Assembly: GCA_030324005.1 (NCBI GenBank)
Contig: JARDVH010000059.1
Span: 68,526,273-68,590,272, forward strand
Direction: 5' to 3'
Length of the DNA stretch: 64,000 nt
Source of the DNA: Negaprion brevirostris
Taxonomy: Eukaryota
Shown here piece by piece: positions 53,185 to 64,000 of this stretch. Below the pieces are notes generated by a model. It saw nothing but the letters and a program-made list of their open reading frames with translations, made no database searches and was not told where the DNA came from. Every line of letters starts with the position of its first letter. Positions within the stretch are counted from its first letter, which is position 1. The position numbers and the translations under genes are program-made.

Positions 53185-53615
53185 CCATTTGTATTGCAGC
53201 TTGGTACATCTCCTGTTCTGTCCAAGACCGCAAGAAACTACAAAGGGCTGTGAACGTAGTCCAGTATATCATGCAAATCAGCCTCCCATCCGCTGCCTCA
53301 GGAAAGCAGCCAGCATAATCAAGGATTCCACGCACCCTGGACATACTGTCTTCCACCTTCTTCCGTTGAGAAAAAGATACAAAAGTCTGAGATCACGTAC
53401 CGACCAACTCAAGAACAGCTTCTTCCCTGTTACTATCAGACCTTTGAATGGACTTACCTCACATTAAGTTTATCTTTCTCTAAATCTTATGACTGTAAAC
53501 TTACATTTTGGACCCTCTCCTTTCCAATGAATGAGATGCTTTGTCTGTATAGTGCACAAGAAACAGTACTTTTACTGTATACTAATATACATGACAATAA
53601 TAAATTAAATCAAAA
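53185..53615 (+). mobile_element. Rex1/Babar LINE 3' end
   Basis: CLRKAASIIKDSTHPGHTVFHLLPLRKRYKSLRSRTDQLKNSFFPVTIRPLNG is the characteristic Rex/Babar C-terminus; the tail ends gacaataataaattaaatc. Confidence 0.8.
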
Positions 53616-54049
53616 ACACATGTCGACAGACCAAATTTGCTTGTGATACTCCTGTAACCAAATAGCCTACCAATGCCACCTGAGCTCGTAACTGAATAAC
53701 TACCCGAATGACGTACTAAAATATAAATTGAACACTAGGCTCCACACCACAATAAAAAATGAGGTCTTGAAGCCTAGGCAAATGTAACCTAGGCTAGTAC
53801 TTCAGCACAATACAGAAGAGATGTTTCACTGTTAAAGATACTTTCTTTCAAATGAGACATTAGTTTAGAGGATCTTGGTTTAAAGATCAGTTTAGATGGC
53901 CACAAAACACCTCACTGCACTATTCAGAGATTTGGGAGTCTATCTGAAATCCTTGCTGACTCTCAAAAATGTGATGTTTGAGGAGAATGTTATGGTAAAA
54001 GTTGCTTTTAGAAAAAAATGAAATAAAGTGAATGAGAAAAATAGTTAAA

Positions 54050-54278
54050 GTAAAGTCGCCATCGTCCCAGGTGACCATAGGCTGCTCTCTACTTTGAGGG
54101 GGACAGCTGACTCAGTGATGAAGAGCAATGCCAACAGCATGGGGTTCAATTCCCCCATCAGCTGAGGTCATTCATGAAGGCCCCACCTTCTCAACCTTGC
54201 CCCTTGCCGGAGGTGTGGTGATCCTCAGGTTAAATCACCACCAGTGTCGATGGTCATCTGGAACTATTGTGACTTTAC
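54050..54278. repeat. SINE-derived unit bounded by 29-bp inverted repeats
   Basis: 54050-54078 versus the reverse complement of 54250-54278: 24/29 identical; internal GGTTCAATTCC B box. Confidence 0.6.
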
Positions 54279-55802
54279 CTAGAAAAATAACTGGACCTCT
54301 TGTCATTGTTATAATGGCTCAAATCAACAGCAAGTATGTTTCTTTTTACTTCTTGATCGCGTAGTCTTGTGACAAAAATAATTTTTGACCCAATCACCAA
54401 GGATAAAGTGAAATCAGCCATGATATCTAACAACATTTGATATGAGATTTCTATCAGAAGCAAGGTAGAAAGAAAATTATTTCCCCATTTTGACAAAAAA
54501 CCAAAATACTGGGCTAGTTGGAAGATTGCACTGTAAATAACAATCTCAGTATGTTGAGCTAAAACAATCAGTTCCTGTTGAGAAATCAAAATATTCAGGT
54601 TTAGGTTCCCAACCTAAAAATATTTGCAGACTTATATGTTCACTTAGCATAATCTACTAAACAACAGACAATCATATCAGAACTTCCAGCTTATTAAATT
54701 TTAGTATGAACATGCAATGCAAAGACGAATGTGGAGGAGGAGGAGGTGAGGAAAGAACCCCCCCCCCCAACAAACAGATGAACTAGGCTGCTTGAGACAT
54801 GTACCTATTCACTCTTCTTTGTTCAAAAGTAAAGACATTTTGCAAAGTCATAATTCCACTGGCCCTCTCATTCAATTGCTATTCTACACTTGAGCTTAAA
54901 TAATGAATCAGTCACTGACATTATGTCAAAGTTCCGTCCTTAACCAATAGCATACACACGAACCACCAGCGCTCACTGAATGCCAGTTCAAGACACTCAA
55001 GACCAAAAACTCCCAAAGCATAAGTATCGAATCCTAGCAAGTTTCTCCAGTGCCACCCCAACTGAGAACAATTAGCGAGCATAGATCAGGTCAGATTTCA
55101 AAGACAAGTCCTCCTTCTTTTGTATTTTTTAATTTGTGATCAGGATGTAGGTGCATTGGCAGGCCTGCATTTAATAGCAATCCAGAGTTGCCATCAATGG
55201 TAGGCCTTTTCTTTCAATCATTCCATCAAGCTGGCATTTGCAATGCCATATTAAAACACAGCTTCAATACTGAAACTGCTGTTTTTCAAGTGAGATGCCA
55301 GGTATTAAACCAAGGTCCTGCAAACTGAGAACAAGTTCAGGTAAATATTAAATATGCACAGCTCCCGTGATGGCTTTACATAAAAAATTCTAGGATACCG
55401 ATCCAGCCACAATAAACATGTTCAAAAGAATGATATGCAACTTTGAAGGGGAAAAATGTCATTTTGACATTGCTGCTTTTGTCCTTCTTATGAGGTCTCA
55501 GGGCAAGCAGAACTGTGAAATAACATTGACAAGTTGCTGAAATATGCTGTACGTAGTTAGTACTTCATTCACACTACACCAATGGTAAAGGGGATGAATA
55601 TTGAGTTCTGCAGCAGGGGTTTTTATAGGCTGGACTACTTCATCCTGGACAGCTTTGAGCTTCTTTGATGGCATCTTTTCAAGGCAAGCATGGAGTAGAG
55701 TATTACATTGGTAACTCGGCTTTATAGGGGCTAAGTGGTAAGAGGAGATGAAATAGTGTTCTCAGATTCTGCCCCAATTTTGTAGTCAACGTCAATGGAG
55801 TT

Positions 55803-56285
55803 ATAAGAACATAAGAAATAGGAGCAGGAGTAGGCCATCTAGCCCTTTGAGCCTGCCCCGCCATTCAATAAGATCNNNNNNNNNNNNNNNNNNNNNNNNN
55901 NNNNNNNNNNNNNNNNNNNNNNNNNNNNNNNNNNNNNNNNNNNNNNNNNNNNNNNNNNNNNNNNNNNNNNNNNNNNNNNNNNNNNNNNNNNNNNNNNNNN
56001 NNNNNNNNNNNNNNNNNNNNNNNNNNNNNNNNNNNNNNNNNNNNNNNNNNNNNNNNNNNNNNNNNNNNNNNNNNNNNNNNNNNNNNNNNNNNNNNNNNNN
56101 NNNNNNNNNNNNNNNNNNNNNNNNNNNNNNNNNNNNNNNNNNNNNNNNNNNNNNNNNNNNNNNNNNNNNNNNNNNNNNNNNNNNNNNNNNNNNNNNNNNN
56201 NNNNNNNNNNNNNNNNNNNNNNNNNNNNNNNNNNNNNNNNNNNNNTGCATACCTGGAAACAATAGTTCTTCCTCAGGGTTCTAGA
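55803..56285 (-). mobile_element. Young CR1 3' end spanning a gap
   Basis: ataagaacataagaaataggagcaggagtaggccat tail, nearly identical to the 61025 copy. Confidence 0.75.
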
Positions 56286-56550
56286 TCTTCTGCCATCACC
56301 ACTGAAAATTCTCTGTTTCTGCCATGGCTCATAATTCTGAGTTGGGGACTGTCACGCAGACCTGGGGCCCAATTGTAGCTTTAAAGGAACTCCACTAATG
56401 ATCTGCCTCCAACAATCTGGCCATCTTCTTGCAAGCCGGAAGATTTTCCTATTGACTTGTTTTGCTAAGGTTTCTTGCTGGGAAAAAAGCAGTTTAGAGC
56501 CATTCTGGGCATCAAAAACAAAAAATGCCTTTTGCTTTTTAAAAAGATGA

Positions 56551-56748
56551 TGGCTGAAATTTTTCAGCTAGTACCGCCAGCAGAAACTTCAGATCCCATC
56601 AATGGTGACTCCCCACAATGCCCTGGTGGCAGAGTGTTTGAGGCATACAAAGTCCTGTAGATATCAGCGGGACCAGAAGACAGCACCATCGGCCAATGGC
56701 AGAGCCACTGAAATATGCCACGGGGGTGTGCATAAGAAAATCTTATCA
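56551..56748. mobile_element. Degenerate MITE
   Basis: tggctgaaattttt...gaaaatcttatca imperfect TIRs around a GC-richer interior. Confidence 0.4.
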
Positions 56749-58344
56749 CTGGAGAAATGACTTAGATTATTACAAAATATCTTCCAATGTCAATAAAACA
56801 AAACTTTAATGTTTCATTTCAATCTTCAACCAGCCATTTAAGTTTGTAGTTGAGGTGATGAAATGCTACACAGAAACTGAATTAACCAGACCAAGAAAGC
56901 TCACCTTGAAATCAGCTCAGTTTGTGTGTAGGGAAACACGGAACTTGTTGGACAACCTATTTCACTGACTTGCAACCTGGCTAGGCATCTCCNNNNNNNN
57001 NNNNNNAACACAATGAATCTGGCAAAGAATTGCGATATGATCAACGTTACCTATTACACAATCCAAAAAGGGAATCCAAGCACGCACACTGACACACACA
57101 TACCCAACAAATTACAATAAAACAGTACGTCCTTTTAGGCATTTTCAAATCTTAACATAATTGCTTTGTTTTTCAAATCTTACTCAGGATTTTTGCTTCC
57201 TTTCTCTCACTTCCCCATCTGGTCTCATTTTAGTCCAGATGGTGAAACCACCTGGACATCTCCACAACTGCTTTCTAAACCTTAATATAAGCCAACAGGA
57301 GGCACACTTTGCGGTGCAGTCGCTCTTCTTGCCAATTTCACTTTGCCCCAAAGTGAAATAATGACTCAGTCAAGAGTAAACAAAAGTCAGCCATTGAGGG
57401 GAGCTGTTTTTGGATGGCATCAAGATTGATATCCTCTCCAAGCCGTGTCCTAACATTCACTACATTTAGGTTACTACAGCGTACAGTGTAATGCCTTAGC
57501 CCAATAATGATGATGGCTAATTCTGAAAGGGTACCAAGCTTTATAATGAAGACTTTCACCTAGGTAATCAAGTTACTATTTGCTCACTCTTGTTGAATTG
57601 CGCTCACTAGGCAGACAATTAGGGGGAAAATGTCGCTTGATAAAATACAATTTGGCCAAGAAACCCAAACAATGCTGCTTAACTATATTTATACTGACTG
57701 CAGTTAAAAACTGAAATTATTACTTTCATTCCTGTCTTTTTGAAGTCTGATGTTAAGAAAACCTCCAGCTCCATTTTCATAATTAATACAAAGACACCGG
57801 CAAGCATCCTTAAACCAACCACTGCTGAAATGAAGTAAACGAGAGCACATTCTGAAAGCACGCAGTAGCTTATCGCCTCTGTGATCTATCCAGCGATAGC
57901 TGACAAGCTAGCTACACAAATCCTTTAGACTTGCTAATCAGATAGATCCTCTAAAACTCAGGACAGTCGAGTAATTCAAAACTCCAATGCCTTCTTTTCC
58001 AAATGCTTAAACAGAGTTCCCTGTTAACAAAGATCATAATTAGCTTACAATTGTGTGATTTAAAAGCCAAGTTATCCTCTAATCATATAAAACACTGTTG
58101 GTTAATCAAATTTTGTGAGTAAAATATTGCAAGTTATAAAGATTCAAATGAGATTTGAATTTGAATCAGATTGCTCACATTTTAAAATCTTCCAGTGAAA
58201 ACATCAAGTTATATAGAATCGAAGACAGAAAATGACAAAGCCACCACCACTTGTATTACATAAAAGCATAGAATTGTGTAATATTTTAATACTGTTTTCA
58301 TTACAAAAAACAGAGACAAACGTAGCCCATATTCATTGCAGAGC

Positions 58345-58650
58345 TGAGCAAATGTTCCATTGAGAGGTGCCATCATTTGGATGCATTGTTAAACTAGTAG
58401 CTAAAGATCCCATGGCAGTGTTCCAGAAACAGAAGAGTTCTCGCTGTGTCCCAGCCAACACGTATCCCCTAACCAGCAACACAAAAATAGATCTAGTCAT
58501 TTATCTCATTTTCAGTCACACAACCTTGTTGATCCCAAATTCTGCCATGTTTACGCACATTAGAACACAAAGTACTTTATTGGCTGCAATGCACTATGGG
58601 ATATCCTGAGGATGTGGAGCACTTTATAAACAACAAGTTTTTTCTTCCTA
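58345..58650 (+). mobile_element. Deu-domain SINE
   Basis: gaggtgccatcatttggatg...aaagatcccatggcagtgtt...gagttctc...tgtcccagccaacacgtatcccctaacc followed by an L2-type tail. Confidence 0.7.
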
Positions 58651-61024
58651 CAGTACAGGCCTTACGCACCAATGACAATTTGGAGTACTATAAACTCTTA
58701 ACAGTTAAAACCATGTGGAAAAGAAAATCAAAATTTTAACATACCTTGGCTTTACTCCAAAAACACCCCTAGGGCATTTCGGTTGCAATATGACTGACAA
58801 TCTTCAGACATTATCCTCCTCACTCTGCCAAAGAAAATGTAATATTTATCAAAATTATACATCGTCAATTCAATCCTTCACTCAATGCATACTCGAGTTA
58901 AACTACAGTGGTTTAATTAACAATTATAATGCGATAATGATTTACAGCTCTTTGGAATAAGCACTGGAGAACAAAGTCCACAAAATTATACTATCAAGGG
59001 ATTTGTTAAATCAAAGCATTAGAATGTGTTTCTGCAGATACTAGATTGGTTCCATCTTTTCATTCACACATGGGTTCCATAACCTGAATCCCAGGTTGAG
59101 CATCATGTCTCCTAACTCTGAGCCTCCTGTATTAAATAAGCTTGTATTTCTAGCAAGCATTATTCCACAGCAGATATTGCCTTGAATTCTGAATTAATTA
59201 GCACTTAGGCTAAGAGGGGCCTGATGTCTAAAACAACAATGCCACACTGCTGCAATAGGGGGTGTTTAGTACAGAGGTTAAGGCAGCACAGTAGAAGCAT
59301 TTTACCCCACACAACAGGAAAATGCTTAGTGCCAACTGAGCATTCCCTTGCAGCAATATGTTCATCAGCAAATCCCTCAACATAAAACCAAATTCTGCTT
59401 TTTCCTCAGTACTGTTTCAGGGTCTTTTGTATTAATCTTTTCTAAATCTCAAGTACTATATTCTCAAGTAACAGAAGTTGTTGTCCTTGTGTTCTCACCT
59501 GTACACACCATAAATCCAGGCAGACATTCATTGCTCCAACATCTATGCAAGTTGACAATTGCATCACATTCAGAAGTACAATTGGGAAGCTTTGTCCTAA
59601 TTTGCATGGTTTAACTTAACTATAATCAACATTTAAAGTTCTCAGAATCTATATGGACACCGCAACAAGGACAAAGTTATGATACTGTGACAATACCACC
59701 CCCAACTCGCATTTAGGCTCCAAAACCAGACAAGGCCATGTTCTGCCAGACCTCAACTGAACTATTAATTTGACATCTGGCATATAGCACGTTAACTGTA
59801 ATTTTAACTGTATTGTTTGCATTTCTGGAGACTACTATTGTAGAAGATGCATGCACAGATACACATACTTGTCTGCATACACAACTGTGATGCAGATAAT
59901 GCAACTATGACTGCACAGTCATTAAAACCAAAAAGTAGGATACTTTAAAAAATTCTTCCTGATCTAAACTCATTTCAGCATGGAGAATATTAAAATCAAA
60001 ATCATTTTTCAGAAAAATTGTCCTGAATCAGTTTTTCTTTAAACAGTACTCCATGTGTGCAACTTTAATATACCCTAAATGGGGCCCCTTTCCAGTGGAA
60101 GAATGCCGGTTTATTTAACTGCTTCAAGGAGGACTGGAGCACGAAACACCCGTACATCTTGCATGTTACAGGCCACCACAGAGGGCCTGAGCTGCTTAGC
60201 CCATTATTGGTCAGAAAGGATGGTACACAAGTGATATTCAACTCACAGAGGTGTCAGGTAAACAGACTTAACGTGACCTCCATGGCAGAAATGTAGGGGA
60301 CTTCTCCCCAGAGAGCCTTGGTTAATATTTATCCTTCAAGCAGCATCATACTGCTGTGAGTAAACAGAATATAGTTCCCACATTGCAAGGACGGCCACTT
60401 TCAAACGTTCAGAATTGTCTGTAAAATGCTCCAAGATGTCTTGAAGTCATCAAAGGCATTATATTTTAACTATTCTTATGCGGAACTTTACAAATGTCTA
60501 AGCAGCTCCAATATACAATACCCTGAGACAATCCTCAATCATTCATATTGAGATCATGACTGCCTAGAACCTTAACTGGAGCCACTATATCCACATCATG
60601 ATTACAAAAGCACAGCAGTTATTGGTTATTTTATACTAAACATTCACCTTCCTACTGATCAATCTGTCAAAGATCATGAGTACTCACTATCCACCAAGAT
60701 TGCGGCAGTTTTGCAACTTATAATTTTGGGGGTGGTGGAAGGAGGAGGAGAAGATGAGTGAGTGAGGAAGTGTGGAGCAAGAGACAGCAGGGGTGAAAGA
60801 GATTGGGGTTGCAGGGGGAGGGCAGGAAAGAGGAAATGGGTATTAGACAGAAATATGGAAAAATAAGATAGATATATAAAAAAGGAGATTCTATAATGTT
60901 AACCCAGGGGAATCCAAAACATCTCCAGCAGAGTGACTGCACAAAACCTTAAAAAGGGCCTTTAAAGGAAAACTAAAGAACAGCAATTGAAAAATCCAAT
61001 TGTTATTTATTGCATAAATTATTC

Positions 61025-61310
61025 ATAAGAACATAAGAACATAATAGGAGCAGGAGTAGGCCATCCAGCCCTTCGAGCCTGCCCCGCCATTCAATAAGAT
61101 CATGGCTGNNNNNNNNNNNNNNNNNNNNNNNNNNNNNNNNNNNNNNNNNNNNNNNNNNNNNNNNNNNNNNNNNNNNNNNNNNNNNNNNNNNNNNNNNNNN
61201 NNNNNNNNGGCCTATAATTCCCTGCCTTTTGCCTGCCACCCTTCTTAAACAAGGGCGTGACATTAGCTGTTTTCCAATCTTCCAGTACTTCCCCGGAATC
61301 CAGCGACATT
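61025..61310 (-). mobile_element. Young CR1 spanning a gap
   Basis: cataagaa tail repeats; minus frame EDWKTANVTPLFKKGGRQKAGNYR. Confidence 0.85.
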
Positions 61311-61813
61311 TGGTTAATATTTTATACAATTCCAACACATTACCAAAACATCACCGTTTTTAAATTCATGGAGCATATTGTGTTCTTCCAGGACTCATTA
61401 GGTAACAATTGGGAGTTTTTAATGTAGGTAACGAAATCACATAACAGTTGTACAATTTCCAGGATCCAGTCTCTGCTAATTTGAATAATTGTGATAACAT
61501 AATTTATCATTACTTGAGCCTTACTCTCTTCCTTTGAAGATTCTTAATTCTACTCCCGCCAATGTCAGTGTGGTTATCAAGTCACCTGGGCTGGTCCAAA
61601 ATGCAAGTCACTGATACACAATGCTAAGGCCAGATGAGAGAGAAGAGGTTCGAACCCTTAATCTCAACTATTTGTGCAACTTCACACGTCATCTCAAAAG
61701 TGAGCAACAACAATGTAGTTCCAATAAGCTGTTTGATAAATCTTATACTGTTGATTTTACTTGATTAATGGAGCCAAAGCCTCATACTATATTTTTTATA
61801 AAATATGCATATA

Positions 61814-62393
61814 AAGGCAGTCCTCGACTTTACAACATTCAAGTTACGATGAACAGTACTTAAAACACTGTTAAATTACCTTTACAACATTGGTTTCAAA
61901 TTTATGACGCCACACCAGCACGGACACACATGCAAATTGAGTTTCTGTACCACCCATTTGGGTGGCTGGACAGGTCAAACCATCTTAAGATTGGAAACAA
62001 GTGTTTTATTCTATCAGAATGTTTTTCAAAACCATTCTAATGCTTTTATACACTTGTGTATTTAATATGTACTTAGACTTGCTTAGTTCACAGTTAAACA
62101 GGCAACAGGCAGTGATCAAACGGCTTCATTATATACCCCAAACTTCATTATATCCCCACGCTAAAGCGTGTTGACATCAGCAGTTGCGTCAGCAACTTGA
62201 CAAGGCAAGAGTTGAGAGCATTTTACACTGTTGAGTGCCCCATGTGTGATTTCGAGCCTTGGCTCAGGAACCATTTCCCCCATTTATATCATCATTCCTA
62301 TGGAAAAAACGGTTCCAAATTATGGCATTTTAACTTACAACATGGGTTTTCAGGAACTGAACCAATTGTGTCACAAGACAAAAGGGCTGTTTA
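61814..62393. mobile_element. Tc1/mariner (Tigger/pogo-like) non-autonomous element
   Basis: Left end TA|aaggcagtcctcgactttacaac; decayed right end gtcacaagacaaaagggctgttta|TA; TA on both flanks. Confidence 0.55.
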
Positions 62394-64000
62394 TACCAAC
62401 CTGGCTACTTCCTAAAATTAAAAAGAAAACTGCTCAAACACTTTAAAAAGGCTCAAGCTACGTCTGCATATAGCCCTTAAAAAAAAAGAGAACTTTCTGG
62501 CAATAACTGAAAAGCTGACACCTCAATTTCTGAAGACATGCTAACAGCCCTGTGGACTGAGACAAAGGGGAATTGCACAAAGGCTTTTTACATTTCATAA
62601 GGCAGGTTTGGCGAACAAGAGACTTCTAATCTGCTAGGAAAAAAGATCCTGCACTTTTATTTTCCAAATTCTTAAATGGTTAAACATCAACAATCTTGAG
62701 AATCCAGACGAAAGGAATACATACCCTTGGCAAAGCAGACAGATGGGAGTCACATGATATGACCCCCCAAGNNNNNNNNNNTCTGTTTTGCTATACAGAT
62801 AATCAGTCTGCCATTTTCCATCTAGCAAGCAGCAGCTCACAAAAAAAGGACTCTGTCCTGGTTTGAAATCCTGGCTTGCCATCAACGTTGTTTCTACTGG
62901 AACTACTAAACTTCCATGCCAGAACCTAAAACAAATTAATTTTTAAGTGCCTACCACATTGCGGGAGTCATCACTACTAGAAAAGTGAATTATCCAGCAT
63001 CAGTTTTCAACCTGCAGACTTCTGTAAAAGAATACACCACTTGACTTTGTTTCTGGACTCTGGATTCGCATGAAACAATTATTTTCTGTGTGGCCTTTGC
63101 CCTGTAACTTTCTTTCTCAATCCCTTTTATGATATGATTGCATGCCCCATCCCATTTTGTGTACAAATAAACTAACCCTCAGTTTACTCTCTCTCAGGTT
63201 TGCTGTGGGGCTATTAAAAAATTGGATCACAGCAAGACTGAGCACTTGGAAAACACACCACTGCTTATAAAGGGGGAAGATGAGGGTCAAAAATCAAAAC
63301 ACCTTTCTCTTTATGGATGGGTGGTGAGAGAAGAAATCAGGGCTGTTTAAAATTAAACTCCCTCCTGCAACTCGATTTATACAAACGTAANNNNNNNNNN
63401 AGACTGTGATGATCTTATAACACGTTAGAATGTTTCAAGTAAATGTGTTCTCTTACAGCATCACTGAGCATAATGTCTCACTTTTGTTCATGTGAATTCA
63501 TAATTGACTTATAATATTTAATTTTAAAAATGCATGCAAATTTATTACATTTCATTAATTCTGATGAGTTTTTAAAGTAGCAGCAAGTGAAAACAGGTAA
63601 CGTAGAACCGGTAGATGGCCTTAGGTCAGGGGGAATCTTTTGCCACACTTGTGGTCAGTGGACAGAAAGGTTTGGGTACCACTGACCTTCTCCATCTAGT
63701 CAGACAGGTATAATGATTCACTTTCGTCAAAGCACGTCTCACCTGGTATATATTTGGATTTGAGTTGCATGCCACAATGTATTTTAATACAATCTGTAAA
63801 GTCTTATGAGAAGAATCCACTTAACAATTGTGCCAGATCCTAGTTCTGTTATATGTCAGCCCAACCCATCTCTTGAAAAAAAAGGAGCTATTTTCCAGTG
63901 ACTGCAATGGTAGATGGAACTTTCTTTAAAACCATTCTTTCATACATCTACAAATCAGCTTTTTTAATCGCCTGGTATCTTTTCAAAGACTACTTTTAAT

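Larger units (their letters stand above)
1272..64000 (-). other. Probable large 5'-UTR intron(s)/upstream region of NCOA2
   Basis: The ATG exon begins with a splice acceptor, so upstream non-coding exons must exist at higher coordinates. No CpG-island promoter is visible in the window. Inference. Confidence 0.6.

Noticed and set aside
63982-63993. ttcaaagactac (FKDY), resembling the preceding TIMM50 exon
   Set aside because: It lies downstream rather than upstream, the surrounding residues do not match, and there is no donor site.

Overview
Eukaryotic, AT-rich, repeat-dense vertebrate DNA. The repeat complement (HE1/V-SINE-like and Deu-domain SINEs, CR1, Rex/Babar, RTE, Penelope) points to a shark or ray. 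N-gaps fall mostly at young repeats. Two exons are recognisable. (1) The first coding exon of a p160 steroid-receptor coactivator, most likely NCOA2, on the minus strand at 1164-1271, so the rest of the window is probably its large 5'-UTR intron or upstream region. (2) One intact 120-bp TIMM50 exon on the plus strand at 50434-50553, apparently alone and inside a ~2.1-kb block that splits an older SINE in two. Other notable items: a 4-codon uORF whose stop overlaps the NCOA2 start codon, minimal hammerhead-ribozyme motifs with co-varying stem II in Penelope terminal repeats, a Penelope fold-back junction, a local ~130-bp duplication, and MITE/solo-LTR/nested insertions. Nearly all ORFs in the supplied track are spurious or TE-derived. 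Homologue and repeat-family assignments come from recalled sequences, not from searches; repeat boundaries are approximate.
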